DNA of 64,000 nt from Acidobacteriota bacterium (GTDB lineage Bacteria; Acidobacteriota; CAIWXX01): positions 1 to 64,000 of the forward strand of contig JBFMAF010000018.1 in assembly GCA_040755995.1 (NCBI GenBank), in the 5' to 3' direction. Shown here one piece after another: positions 55,376 through 64,000 of this stretch (position 1 is its first letter; every line of letters begins with the position of its first letter). The notes beneath the pieces are model-generated. The model did not search any database. It was not told the origin of the DNA and saw nothing but the letters and a program-made list of their open reading frames with translations. The translations under genes were made by a program, and so were the position numbers.

Positions 55376-57463
55376 CTATTTTGATCTTTCCTCCACGGCG
55401 ATTTCCGCGAAATCGGCAACCGAGAGGAGAAGGGCGGCCATCTGCTGAAGGAGACCTATTCGATTTGATCGGACCACCCGATCCGGGTCCATCACCAGAA
55501 CCTTGTCGAAAAAGCGGTCTACAACCGGCCGCAATGTGGCGATGCGCTGAAGAGCTCCGGCGTATTCTCCCTGCGCGATCAAGGGAAGCGCTTCTTCTCT
55601 GACACGCTGGAACGAGGTGTCCATCTCGCGCTCCTCCTCCAGCCGGTAGAGCTCCCTGGAGACCTGGCAACGCGGCTGCTCGCGGATGATGTTCTTGATC
55701 CGCTTGAAGGCGACGGCGATCGACAGGAAATCCTGGCTGCCGATGACCTGCTTGAGCGCATCGAGCCTGAGCCGCACGTCGTAGACGTCCTTGCTCGCGC
55801 CGGCGATCACCGCGTTGACGAGATCGTAGCCATATGGCTCGAAAAGGAATCGTAAGCGCGCATCGACGAATTCCCCGAAATCCTCGACTATCTCCTCACG
55901 CGTTCGACCGAATCGAACGCTGTGCGCGTCGAGCGCGATCGAGAATGCGTCGCGGAGCGGGAGATGCCACTTCCGCTCGCTGCTGATCCGCACTGCGCCC
56001 AGCCCGAGCCTGCGGAGGCCGAGCGGATCGCGAGAGCCGGAGGGAACGAGCCCGAGCCCGAGGCACCCGCTGATCGTGTCGAGACGATCGGCGATCGTGA
56101 TCAAGCCGCCTTCATCCGTGGCCGGCAGCCGGTCGTCCAGAGACACGGGCAGGTAGTGGTCATAGATCGCGCGCCAGACCTTCTCTGCATGCCCCTCGCG
56201 GCGCGCGTAAAGGCCGCCGACGATTCCCTGCAGCGAGGGGAATTCCTTGACCATGTCCGTCGTGAGGTCGGCCTTGCACAACCGTGCCGCCGCCAACGCC
56301 GATTCAAGGTCCACCTCCGGCAACCATGCGGCGAGCTTCGGGATGATCGTGAGAAGCCGTTCCGTCTTGTGCCGGTATGTGCCAAGGTCCTGCTGGAAGA
56401 GCACATGATCGAGCCCCGCCGCGCGTTCCTCAAGCGTGTGTCTCGCGTCCTCGTGCCAGAAGAAGCGCGCATCGTCGAGCCGCGCGCGCAGCACGCGCTC
56501 GTTGCCTCGCCGGACGTTGTCCGCAAGCTCGGCTGTCCTCGTACCCGGTGATTCGGCCACAGCCAGGAAGTGCGGGAGGATTCCGCCGCCGTGATCGACC
56601 ACGGCGAAGTGCTTCTGGTGCTCGCGCATGCTCGTCATCAGGATCTCCGGGGGCAGCTCCAGAAATTCCTCTGCGAAGCGCCCGCCAACCACCAGTGGGC
56701 TCTCGACCAGATCGGAAACCGTGTCGAGCAGCTGCGGGTCCTCGCGCAGGACCCCGCCCGCAGAGGTCGCCTGGTGACGCAACTCATCTTCAATCATCCG
56801 GCGCCGCTCCGCTGGATCCACACAGATACCGCACGATCGAAGCCGGGCGAGGTAGTCGTCCCACCCGGTGACGGGGGCATCGGCCTGAGCGGCGAAGCGA
56901 TCGATCCGCGTTGCGCCGCCCGAGACCACCCCAGCGAACTCGACGCTCAGCGGTGCGCCGTCGAGCAATGCCAGAATCCATCTCACCGGCCTCACGTAGG
57001 TGACGTTGCCCTCCCCCCATCGCATCGACTTCGGGAAGCTCAGGGACTGGAGCGTCGCGGTGCAGATCGCCGGGAGCATCGCAGCGGCGCTCTCGCCGCG
57101 GATCGTCCGCGCGAAACCGAAGTACTCGCCCTTCTCGGTGTGGATAACGCGGCATTGCGCAAAGTCCACACCTTTCGATCTGGCGAAGCCCTGTGCGGCC
57201 TTCGTCGGTTGGCCCGCGGAATCGAGGGCGGCCTTGCGCGGAGGCCCGAGCACGACCTCTTCGCGGTCGCCCTGCTGCGAAGCCAACCCGGCCAGGCGCA
57301 CGACGAGCCGGCGGAGCGTGTAGCAGACCTCGACCGATGCGCACGGCAGTCGGTGCTCCTGGAGCCTGCGCTCGAACTCCGAGCGGAGCTGCTCGCGGAT
57401 GTGTGGCAGGAAATCCGCCGGTATCTCTTCGAAGCCGGCTTCGAACAGAAACTCGCTGCTCAT
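55376..57463 (-). CDS. glyS: Glycine--tRNA ligase beta subunit
   Basis: [43 protein letters not shown] and SGSRDP motifs. Confidence 0.96.
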   Translation of the reverse strand: MSSEFLFEAGFEEIPADFLPHIREQLRSEFERRLQEHRLPCASVEVCYTLRRLVVRLAGLASQQGDREEVVLGPPRKAALDSAGQPTKAAQGFARSKGVDFAQCRVIHTEKGEYFGFARTIRGESAAAMLPAICTATLQSLSFPKSMRWGEGNVTYVRPVRWILALLDGAPLSVEFAGVVSGGATRIDRFAAQADAPVTGWDDYLARLRSCGICVDPAERRRMIEDELRHQATSAGGVLREDPQLLDTVSDLVESPLVVGGRFAEEFLELPPEILMTSMREHQKHFAVVDHGGGILPHFLAVAESPGTRTAELADNVRRGNERVLRARLDDARFFWHEDARHTLEERAAGLDHVLFQQDLGTYRHKTERLLTIIPKLAAWLPEVDLESALAAARLCKADLTTDMVKEFPSLQGIVGGLYARREGHAEKVWRAIYDHYLPVSLDDRLPATDEGGLITIADRLDTISGCLGLGLVPSGSRDPLGLRRLGLGAVRISSERKWHLPLRDAFSIALDAHSVRFGRTREEIVEDFGEFVDARLRFLFEPYGYDLVNAVIAGASKDVYDVRLRLDALKQVIGSQDFLSIAVAFKRIKNIIREQPRCQVSRELYRLEEEREMDTSFQRVREEALPLIAQGEYAGALQRIATLRPVVDRFFDKVLVMDPDRVVRSNRIGLLQQMAALLLSVADFAEIAVEERSK

Positions 57464-58305
57464 GTTCGAGCCGCCTCGTCGTAAAGCGCCGCAACGCGGC
57501 ACGCAATCGCCCTCACACGCTGGATGTAGCTGACCCGCTCGGTCACGCTGATCGCTCCGCGCGAGTCGAGAAGGTTGAACGAGTGCGAACACTTGAGCAC
57601 GCAGTCGTAGGCCGGCAGGAACAACCCCTGGTCGATCAGGCTGGCAGCTTCCCCCTCCCACTGATCGAACATCCCGAATAGCGTCTGTACCGAAGCCAGC
57701 TCGAAATTGTACCGGCTGAACTGCTTCTCTTCTTCGAGACGCACCTCTCCGTACGTGCGATTGCCGGACCAGAGCAGGTCGTAGATCGAGTCGACGTTCT
57801 GCAAGAACATCTCGATCCGCTCGAGTCCGTACGTGATCTCGGCCGAAATCGGCGACAGCTCGATGCCGCCCGCCTGCTGGAAGTAGGTGAACTGCGTGAT
57901 CTCGAGCCCATCGAGAAGGACCTGCCATCCGATTCCCCACGCGCCGAGCGTCGGAGATTCCCAGTTGTCCTCCTCGAAACGCAGATCGTGCGCGCGCAGG
58001 TCGATTCCGAGCTTCTCCAGGCTGGCCGCGTACATCTGCTGCACGTCGTCCGGCGAAGGCTTCAGAATGACCTGATACTGGAGGTGCTTCTGGACGCGGT
58101 TGGGATTGTCGCCGTAGCGGCCGTCGGTGGGCCGGCGCGAAGGCTGGACATACCCCACGCGCCAGGGGGCCGGCCCGAGCACTCGGAAGAACGTCTCCGG
58201 ATGCATGGTGCCGGCGCCCACCTCGACGTCATACGGCTGGGCGAGCAGACAACCCTGCGATGCCCAGTAGTCTTCCAGCTTCCGAATCGTGTCCTGCAAC
58301 GGCAT
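57460..58305 (-). CDS. glyQ: Glycine--tRNA ligase alpha subunit
   Basis: [30 protein letters not shown] and EITYGLER motifs. Confidence 0.97.
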   Translation of the reverse strand: MPLQDTIRKLEDYWASQGCLLAQPYDVEVGAGTMHPETFFRVLGPAPWRVGYVQPSRRPTDGRYGDNPNRVQKHLQYQVILKPSPDDVQQMYAASLEKLGIDLRAHDLRFEEDNWESPTLGAWGIGWQVLLDGLEITQFTYFQQAGGIELSPISAEITYGLERIEMFLQNVDSIYDLLWSGNRTYGEVRLEEEKQFSRYNFELASVQTLFGMFDQWEGEAASLIDQGLFLPAYDCVLKCSHSFNLLDSRGAISVTERVSYIQRVRAIACRVAALYDEAART

Positions 58306-58405
58306 AGGCGACGGATGATAATGGAAAGCCCTCGCCTTTTGCAACGCGCATGCAGGGAGGGAGTGGCCGGTTGCCTGTGCAAGCGAATGCAATGCCGCGG
58401 GGCAT

Positions 58406-58434
58406 TTGACTGCCCGCAGGGGCTGTGGTACGTT
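58406..58434 (+). promoter_or_regulatory. Putative sigma70 promoter for the PspA-like gene
   Basis: TTGACT-17-TACGTT with an extended TG. Confidence 0.45.
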
Positions 58435-58465
58435 CGAGGAAGACTGACGCACCTTTGGAGGAACT

Positions 58466-59209
58466 ATGTTCGATCGAATAGCACGATTCTTCAAGGCCGT
58501 CTTCAATGCGATCCTCGGGAAGGCGGAGAGCCAGATCACCGTGCCGATGCTGGAACAATCGGTGCGAGAGATGATGGACAGCATGCGTGCGCTTCGCGAG
58601 GCGACGGCGACGACCATCGCGTTCGAGACGAAGGCGAAGCGTGAGCTGGACGCGCAGAACGCCCGGATCGCCGCGTTGCAGAGGCAGGCCGAGGAGGCAC
58701 TGGGGGCAGGAAACGAGAAGCTCGCGCGGCGGGCGCTCCAGCTGCAGGTTGAGGCCAAGGGGACCCAGCAGACGATGGATGCGGCTTACAAGAGCGCGAA
58801 GGTGCGGGCCGATAATTCCCGTGTCAAGCTGAAGATTGAGGAGGAGAAGGTCGAGGCCAAGATCCGTCAGCTGGGCGAGCTGAAGGCTATCGCAGCAATG
58901 AATGCCGCGCAGAAGAAGATGCAGGAGCTCACGGATTCGTACAACGTCGACGGCGCAGTGAGCGTCTTCGACGCCGGAGCGAATGCGATACGCGAGCAGG
59001 CGGACAAGCTGGCGGCGCACGACCAGATCGCGATTTCGGAGGGCGAGGAGCTGGATCGCCAGCTGTCTCAACTCGGCAACAAGGTCGACGTCGACAACGC
59101 GATGGCTCAACTCAAGGCCAAGCTCGGGATGGCGCCGCCCGTGGAGGTCCCAGCCGCCGAGAAGGCCAAGCCGAAGGAGAAGGAAAGGATCTCCTCGTCG
59201 GAGACATAG
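58466..59209 (+). CDS. PspA/IM30 family protein
   Basis: Amphipathic [11 protein letters not shown], then [19 protein letters not shown] and a C-terminal LKAKLG. Confidence 0.85.
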   Translation: MFDRIARFFKAVFNAILGKAESQITVPMLEQSVREMMDSMRALREATATTIAFETKAKRELDAQNARIAALQRQAEEALGAGNEKLARRALQLQVEAKGTQQTMDAAYKSAKVRADNSRVKLKIEEEKVEAKIRQLGELKAIAAMNAAQKKMQELTDSYNVDGAVSVFDAGANAIREQADKLAAHDQIAISEGEELDRQLSQLGNKVDVDNAMAQLKAKLGMAPPVEVPAAEKAKPKEKERISSSET

Positions 59210-59407
59210 CGCGGCTGCGCCTCGGACCCACGAGGCATGTCACGGTCTTTGCGGCGCAGACGGAAGACGAGATCCGGAGAACGGAAGCCGAGAGGGGCGC
59301 CGCTCCGACATCCTGTCGCCGGCGCGATGTGACGCAGGTCACCGATCTGTCCCCCGGCACATCTTTCTGTCGGGCGGGCTCGTATAATTGGGTGAGGAGT
59401 TAAGGTT

Positions 59408-60058
59408 ATGAGAGCAAGACTGATCGTTGCCGCTCTGGTCATCGCGAGCGCTGTTGCATACGCCCAGCAGTCAGCTCCAAAGGCGCCGCCTCCCAGCCCC
59501 GACGCCGACTTCAAGAAGGCGGTGGGACTTTTCAACCAGGGGAAGGTCTCCGAGGCAGTTCCGTTGTTCAAGAAGGTCCAGAAGGCCAAACCGGCGAAGC
59601 CCGAGGTCTACTACTATCTCGGCCTTTGCGATGAGAAGACCCCCAACTACGAGCTTGCGATAGCGGATTTCACGAAGGCGATCACGAACAACGCGAAATA
59701 CACCGCAGCGTATTTCGAGCGTGGCAATGCATACCAGGCGCTCAAGAAGTACCAGGAGGCGGCTGGGGACTTCTCGAAGACGGTCGAGCTAGACCAGAAT
59801 CACCTGCAGGCCTGGTACAACCGTGGCCAGTGCTTTGGGGAGCTGAAGAACTATAACGAGGCGGCGGCTTCGTATCAGCAGGTGTTGAGGCTTGATTCCA
59901 AGCACGCGTATGCGCACTACTACCTCGGCCTCGCCTATTACAACCTGGAGCAGAAGGACAAGGCGATCTCGGAGCTGCAGTCTTTCGTAGTCCTGAGTCC
60001 TGACGCTCCGGAAGCTCCTTGGGTGCGCCAGCTGCTCCAGCAGCTCGCGTCCTGGTAG
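59408..60058 (+). CDS. Secreted TPR-repeat protein
   Basis: Signal peptide plus AYFERGNAY, AWYNRGQ and AHYYLGLAY TPR units. Confidence 0.9.
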   Translation: MRARLIVAALVIASAVAYAQQSAPKAPPPSPDADFKKAVGLFNQGKVSEAVPLFKKVQKAKPAKPEVYYYLGLCDEKTPNYELAIADFTKAITNNAKYTAAYFERGNAYQALKKYQEAAGDFSKTVELDQNHLQAWYNRGQCFGELKNYNEAAASYQQVLRLDSKHAYAHYYLGLAYYNLEQKDKAISELQSFVVLSPDAPEAPWVRQLLQQLASW

Positions 60059-60319
60059 GGCCGACTGCCGCTCGTTTCGTTCGATCGCGAGCGCGGCACG
60101 GAACGCCTCTCGGGAGGCCAGGTGCCCCGAAACATGCTCGACGGTCCCGTGGCGATCTCGGAGGAGGTGGATGTCATTCACAGGTCCGAGAACCCGCAGG
60201 TTGCCCGTCATGATCGCAGGACGACGACGCCTGGTTGCGGACATTCCGCGCATATTGTGAACTCCTACTTCGCTGTATAGAATGAAAACAGTAGCGCTCA
60301 GCGCTCCTGAAGTCGATGA

Positions 60320-62167
60320 ATGCTACCGGAGGAAACGGTGACCCATTCCGCTCCCAACGCAAGCCGGCAGGCATGGCGTGTAGGGCTGGTTGCTGTCGCT
60401 GCGACTCTGGCGATCGCTGTGACGCTGTATCTGTCGTACCATTGGGTTCGGGAGTCGGCGGTGGGGGAGCTCCGTGCGAAGACGCTAGCAATTGCCGTGA
60501 GCGGATCGCTGCTCATCAATGCCGACGATCTCGCTGACGTTCCGCCGTCCAATCCGGACGCGTCGTTGGAGTACATGCAGGTTCTGATGACGCTTCGACG
60601 CATCCAGGATGCGAGCTCCGGCGTCGTCCGCGTGTTTGCGGCGCGGAGGGCTGACGGAGCTGGTGGGGTAATAGTGCTGGTGGACTCCACGGTGGCGGCT
60701 GCGGGCCCACCCAGAGCGTCAAAGCCCGCGTCGGAACTTGCCGAGAAGCGGCACTACTTGAGGATGACACCCGAGCTTCTCGCCGGCTTCGACCGGCCTT
60801 CCGCAGATGCCGGCGTGTCGGAGCTCGACGGCAGGCCGGCCCTTGGAGGGTATGCGCCGATCCAGAGCGCGGGCGGTTCGTTTGTGGGGCTCATAGGTGT
60901 GACCGTCGATGCATCCGGTCTGGCCCGCAAGACCGAACGCGCCCTCGCGTTCCACGCATTGGCCTTCATCCTCCTTCTCCTGGCCTCCGTCCCGGCATCG
61001 GTGCTGTATCTCCGGCGGGAGAGAGTCCTCACGAGGTGCCGGAAGCTCCTCCGCGAGAGCAAGCACGATCTGACCAGGAAGGTCCAGACCGAGAAGGAAT
61101 TGATTCGGAAGAATCGCGAGCTGCAGGTGATCAACGCGATCTCGGAGCAGATGGGACGGTCCTTCGAGCTCAGCAAGAATCTGTACCTGTCGCTGGACCG
61201 CCTGCTCGAGGTGGCGGGCATCGACGGTGCGATCGTGCGCCTGCTCGATCATGAGACACAGGAGCTGTACCTCGCCGCGCACCGAGGCCTGTCACCGCAT
61301 CTTTTCGAGGGGTATCATCGAGTCGCGCTTGGACAGTCGTTCAGCGGCAAGGTCGCGGAGAGCGGGGAGGCGCTTTTTGTGGAAAACATCCCGCCGGCAT
61401 TCGGCGCGCTCAACTCGACACCGTTCGACAGGCGCATCCGTTCCTATGCCATTGTGCCGTTGAAGGTCAAAGACAAGGTGTGGGGAGCTCTCACCCTGTT
61501 CAGTCTCTCGGATCCGAGATTCCCGGGGCTCTACAAGAACCTGATCTTCTCCGCAACGCAGCAGCTCGCCGTCGCCGTCGAGAACGCGACCCTGTTCGAG
61601 AGAGAACGAAACCGCTCGGCGCAGCTCGCGCTCATCGCCGAGCTCGGCCGCCAGGTCCTCGTCACCTTGGATATCGACCAGCTGCTCCAGACGGCCATCG
61701 AGCGCGTACAAAGAGGCTTCCATTTCTTCTTCATCGCCTACTACGAAGTCGACCGCGCTCAGGGGCACGGCGTTTGCAAGGCAGCCGGAGGCGGGTTCTT
61801 CGAAATGGGCCACGGCGATCTCAGCCCGACCCAGCCCTTGGACGAAGGCAACATCTCCATCGCCTATCGTGAGAAGCGAACCGTCTACGTGCCGGATACG
61901 ACGCAGGAATCGAAGTTCTCGAGTCCTGCCGGTTTCCTTGCGAAGTCCGAGCTGGTAGTGCCGGTGCTGCTGGACGGCGAGGTGATCGGGTTGTTCGATC
62001 TCCAGTCCACTATGACCAAGGGGTTCTCGCGCGAAGACATCCTCATGGTGGAGACGCTTGCGGACCAGATCGCCGTCGCCGTCAAGAATCTCAGACACTA
62101 TCGCAAGCTCGAGCGCGCCTACGGCGCGCCGGTTGAGGCCGACCGCGAGAGCTCCGTCGTCGAGTGA
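60320..62167 (+). CDS. Membrane sensor with a periplasmic domain and two GAF domains, no output domain
   Basis: TM, Cache-like GYAPI...GLIGV, TM, GAF (VPLKVKDKVWGAL), GAF (SELVVPV..IGLFDLQS). Confidence 0.8.
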   Translation: MLPEETVTHSAPNASRQAWRVGLVAVAATLAIAVTLYLSYHWVRESAVGELRAKTLAIAVSGSLLINADDLADVPPSNPDASLEYMQVLMTLRRIQDASSGVVRVFAARRADGAGGVIVLVDSTVAAAGPPRASKPASELAEKRHYLRMTPELLAGFDRPSADAGVSELDGRPALGGYAPIQSAGGSFVGLIGVTVDASGLARKTERALAFHALAFILLLLASVPASVLYLRRERVLTRCRKLLRESKHDLTRKVQTEKELIRKNRELQVINAISEQMGRSFELSKNLYLSLDRLLEVAGIDGAIVRLLDHETQELYLAAHRGLSPHLFEGYHRVALGQSFSGKVAESGEALFVENIPPAFGALNSTPFDRRIRSYAIVPLKVKDKVWGALTLFSLSDPRFPGLYKNLIFSATQQLAVAVENATLFERERNRSAQLALIAELGRQVLVTLDIDQLLQTAIERVQRGFHFFFIAYYEVDRAQGHGVCKAAGGGFFEMGHGDLSPTQPLDEGNISIAYREKRTVYVPDTTQESKFSSPAGFLAKSELVVPVLLDGEVIGLFDLQSTMTKGFSREDILMVETLADQIAVAVKNLRHYRKLERAYGAPVEADRESSVVE

Positions 62168-62341
62168 TCGGCGGTCCGCTGCCACAGGGACCCGCGTGCC
62201 GCGGCCGTCGGCCGAACAGTGCCTCGCGCCGTCGAAAGCCGCGCCGTAACTACGTCGAACGCAGCACGTTGTTGTGACACCAGTGTACGGCCGAGGTGAC
62301 AGCCACGGAAGCAAGCGACCGGTTTTCTTGGGGATGCGCGA

Positions 62342-62358
62342 TGGCACGGAGTGTGCAT
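62342..62358 (+). promoter_or_regulatory. Putative sigma54 promoter
   Basis: TGGCACGGAGTGTGCAT (GG-N10-GC), about 30 nt before the GGAGG/ATG of 62387. Confidence 0.6.
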
Positions 62359-62386
62359 GGAACGGTAGTGCGGAGGTAAGACGATC

Positions 62387-62890
62387 ATGAGAAAGCGATG
62401 GTTGGGTGCAACGGTGCTGGTACTGGCGATCTCTATGGCCGGCGTCGCGGACCAGACGACGGCGGGGAGGGCCCGAGGCAAGCAGGCAGGGAACCGCGCC
62501 AGCGTCATAGAAAAGAAGACGGGAGATGGTCGGGAAGCGGCGCCGGCGGGCGAGCTGGCTGAGTACGGCTACGCGCCTCGCGTGACCCTGTCATTTCCTT
62601 CAACACTCTTCAGCGGCCGCGAGACGGCAGGAGTAATGACCTGGAAGGATCCGGACGACAAAGTCGTGTCGGTCTTCCTCACTGTGTTCTTCCACGACGG
62701 GGACGCGGCAACGGTGACGCTGTTCGACACGCGCGAAGGTGACATAGCGGCCAGCACCGGCCGGATCACGTTCGGCATAACGCCGGCCGGCTACGACCCG
62801 CCTCTTGGCAGCAACGGGTTTCTGATCGTGACGGTAACGGACCAGACGCTTAACATCACGCAGATGTCGGCGAGCTTCCTGGTGAGGTAG
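62387..62890 (+). CDS. Secreted hypothetical protein
   Basis: GGAGG RBS, signal peptide MRKRWLGATVLVLAISMAG and a beta-rich C-terminal part. Confidence 0.7.
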   Translation: MRKRWLGATVLVLAISMAGVADQTTAGRARGKQAGNRASVIEKKTGDGREAAPAGELAEYGYAPRVTLSFPSTLFSGRETAGVMTWKDPDDKVVSVFLTVFFHDGDAATVTLFDTREGDIAASTGRITFGITPAGYDPPLGSNGFLIVTVTDQTLNITQMSASFLVR

Positions 62891-62992
62891 TCGATGGAAT
62901 CGATCGAAGGCCGTCCTGCGCGGGTCAACTGAAGGTGAGATCAATGGGGAGGCTCATTGAGGGCAGCCCCGGCGAGCCCGCGCAGGAGAGCC

Positions 62993-64000
62993 TCAACCGG
63001 AGGCGCTGCCGGTCCCGCGGCGTATTCCCCCTTCGGTCATGCCGCGTGCATCAAGCAGGCGGTCCGCTTCTTCCGGACTCAACAATCCCTTCTCTATAAC
63101 GATCTGCCTGATCGGCTTGCCTGTCTCGAGAGATTCCTTCGCAACCGCAGCCGCATTCATGTAGCCGATCGCCGGATTCAATGCGGTGACCAGGATTGCG
63201 TTCTTCGCGAGCCATGCCTCCGCCTTCTCTCGATTCGCGACGATGCCCACTACGCAGTTCCGAGTGAACGTCGATATCGCGCCGATCAGCACTTGCATCA
63301 TCTCGAACAGGTTGTGGGCGATGATGGGCATCATGACGTTGAGCTCGAGCTGCCCCGCCGCGGCCGCCAGGGCCACAGCGTGATCGCACCCCTGCACGTG
63401 GAAGCACGCCATGTTGAGCATCTCTGCAAGGACGGGGTTCACCTTGCCGGGCATTATGCTCGAACCCGGCTGAACCGCCGGCAGGCGGATCTCGTCGAGC
63501 CCGGTATTCGGCCCCGACGCGAGCAGCCGCAGATCGTTGGCGATACGAGCCAGAGTGATGCACAGCGTCCTCATCGAAGCGGAGAAATCGGCGGGATCGG
63601 CCATGCTCTGCATGGACTCGAACAAGTTGCCTGAAGACCGCAGAGGTTCTCCGGTGAGCTCGGTCAGCCGCTTCACCATTCGCGCGTGATACTCGGGATG
63701 GGCGTTGAGGCCCGTCCCGGCCGCGGTGCCTCCGATTCCGATTCTGCGCAATCGATCGCCGCTCGTCGCGAGACGCTCGCGGTCATGCCGCAAGGCCTGC
63801 GCATAGGCGCCGAACTCCTGGCCCAGCCGCATGGGCACCGCGTCCTGCAGATGCGTCCGGCCGGACTTCAGCACGTCGTCGAACTCGCGCGCCTTGGCGC
63901 CGAGGGCGTCGGCCAGCAGGTCGACCGCGCTGACCAGCTCGTCGAGGCGCCAGAGACATCCGAGCCGAATCGCAGTCGGTATCGTGTCGTTTGTGCTCTG
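62993..64000 (-). CDS. Aspartate ammonia-lyase / class II fumarase (5' part beyond the window)
   Basis: QSTNDTIPT, KSGRTHLQDA, GGTAAGTGLN, GSSIMPGKVNP and GQLELNV motifs. Confidence 0.92.
   Translation of the reverse strand, partial: QSTNDTIPTAIRLGCLWRLDELVSAVDLLADALGAKAREFDDVLKSGRTHLQDAVPMRLGQEFGAYAQALRHDRERLATSGDRLRRIGIGGTAAGTGLNAHPEYHARMVKRLTELTGEPLRSSGNLFESMQSMADPADFSASMRTLCITLARIANDLRLLASGPNTGLDEIRLPAVQPGSSIMPGKVNPVLAEMLNMACFHVQGCDHAVALAAAAGQLELNVMMPIIAHNLFEMMQVLIGAISTFTRNCVVGIVANREKAEAWLAKNAILVTALNPAIGYMNAAAVAKESLETGKPIRQIVIEKGLLSPEEADRLLDARGMTEGGIRRGTGSASG

Noticed and set aside
55376..58758. Long N-terminal extensions of glyS and glyQ in the ORF track
   Set aside because: Recognisable homology starts at MSSEFL (57463) and MPLQD (58305); the extensions overlap neighbouring genes.
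62905..62995. Nested inverted repeats (TCCTGCGCGGG/CCCGCGCAGGA) as an ncRNA
   Set aside because: They lie between convergent genes and are adequately explained as a terminator-like structure.

Overview
GC-rich bacterial genomic window. The lineage cannot be fixed from the sequence alone; the gene styles loosely suggest an Acidobacteriota/Desulfobacterota-like organism. Left part: xanthine-dehydrogenase-family Mo/2Fe-2S/FAD genes, a Uma2 nuclease, a PD40 propeller, AMP nucleosidase, an acyltransferase, an amidase and a multi-PAS histidine kinase. Next is a complete chemosensory operon (24.8 to 14.1 kb, minus strand): receiver-pseudokinase, CheY, MCP, CheA, CheW with 3x31-aa repeats, HEAT protein, CheR, CheB, CheY. 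It has a candidate sigma54 promoter, IHF site and enhancer, and converges on DUF4388 and GAF-only genes. An M16 peptidase pair follows. Then comes an accessory region (about 30.2-46.2 kb) bracketed by two copies of a ~115-bp promoter+hairpin element. It carries an LRR/FN3/Ig protein, a HipBA-like pair, an ECF sigma with a TPR Ser/Thr kinase, and the best candidate for a new system: a beta-propeller receptor Ser/Thr kinase, an FHA-domain sigma54 activator, and a sigma54 promoter driving a secreted Tyr/Trp-rich protein. The right part holds an NtrC-type regulator flanked by inverted repeats, a coiled-coil/PAS protein, an MFS transporter, murA, HIT, a thiolase lacking both catalytic cysteines, glyQS, PspA, TPR and GAF proteins, and a partial aspartase/fumarase. 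No tRNA, rRNA, CRISPR array or transposase was recognised. All family calls come from motif recognition by eye, not from database searches.
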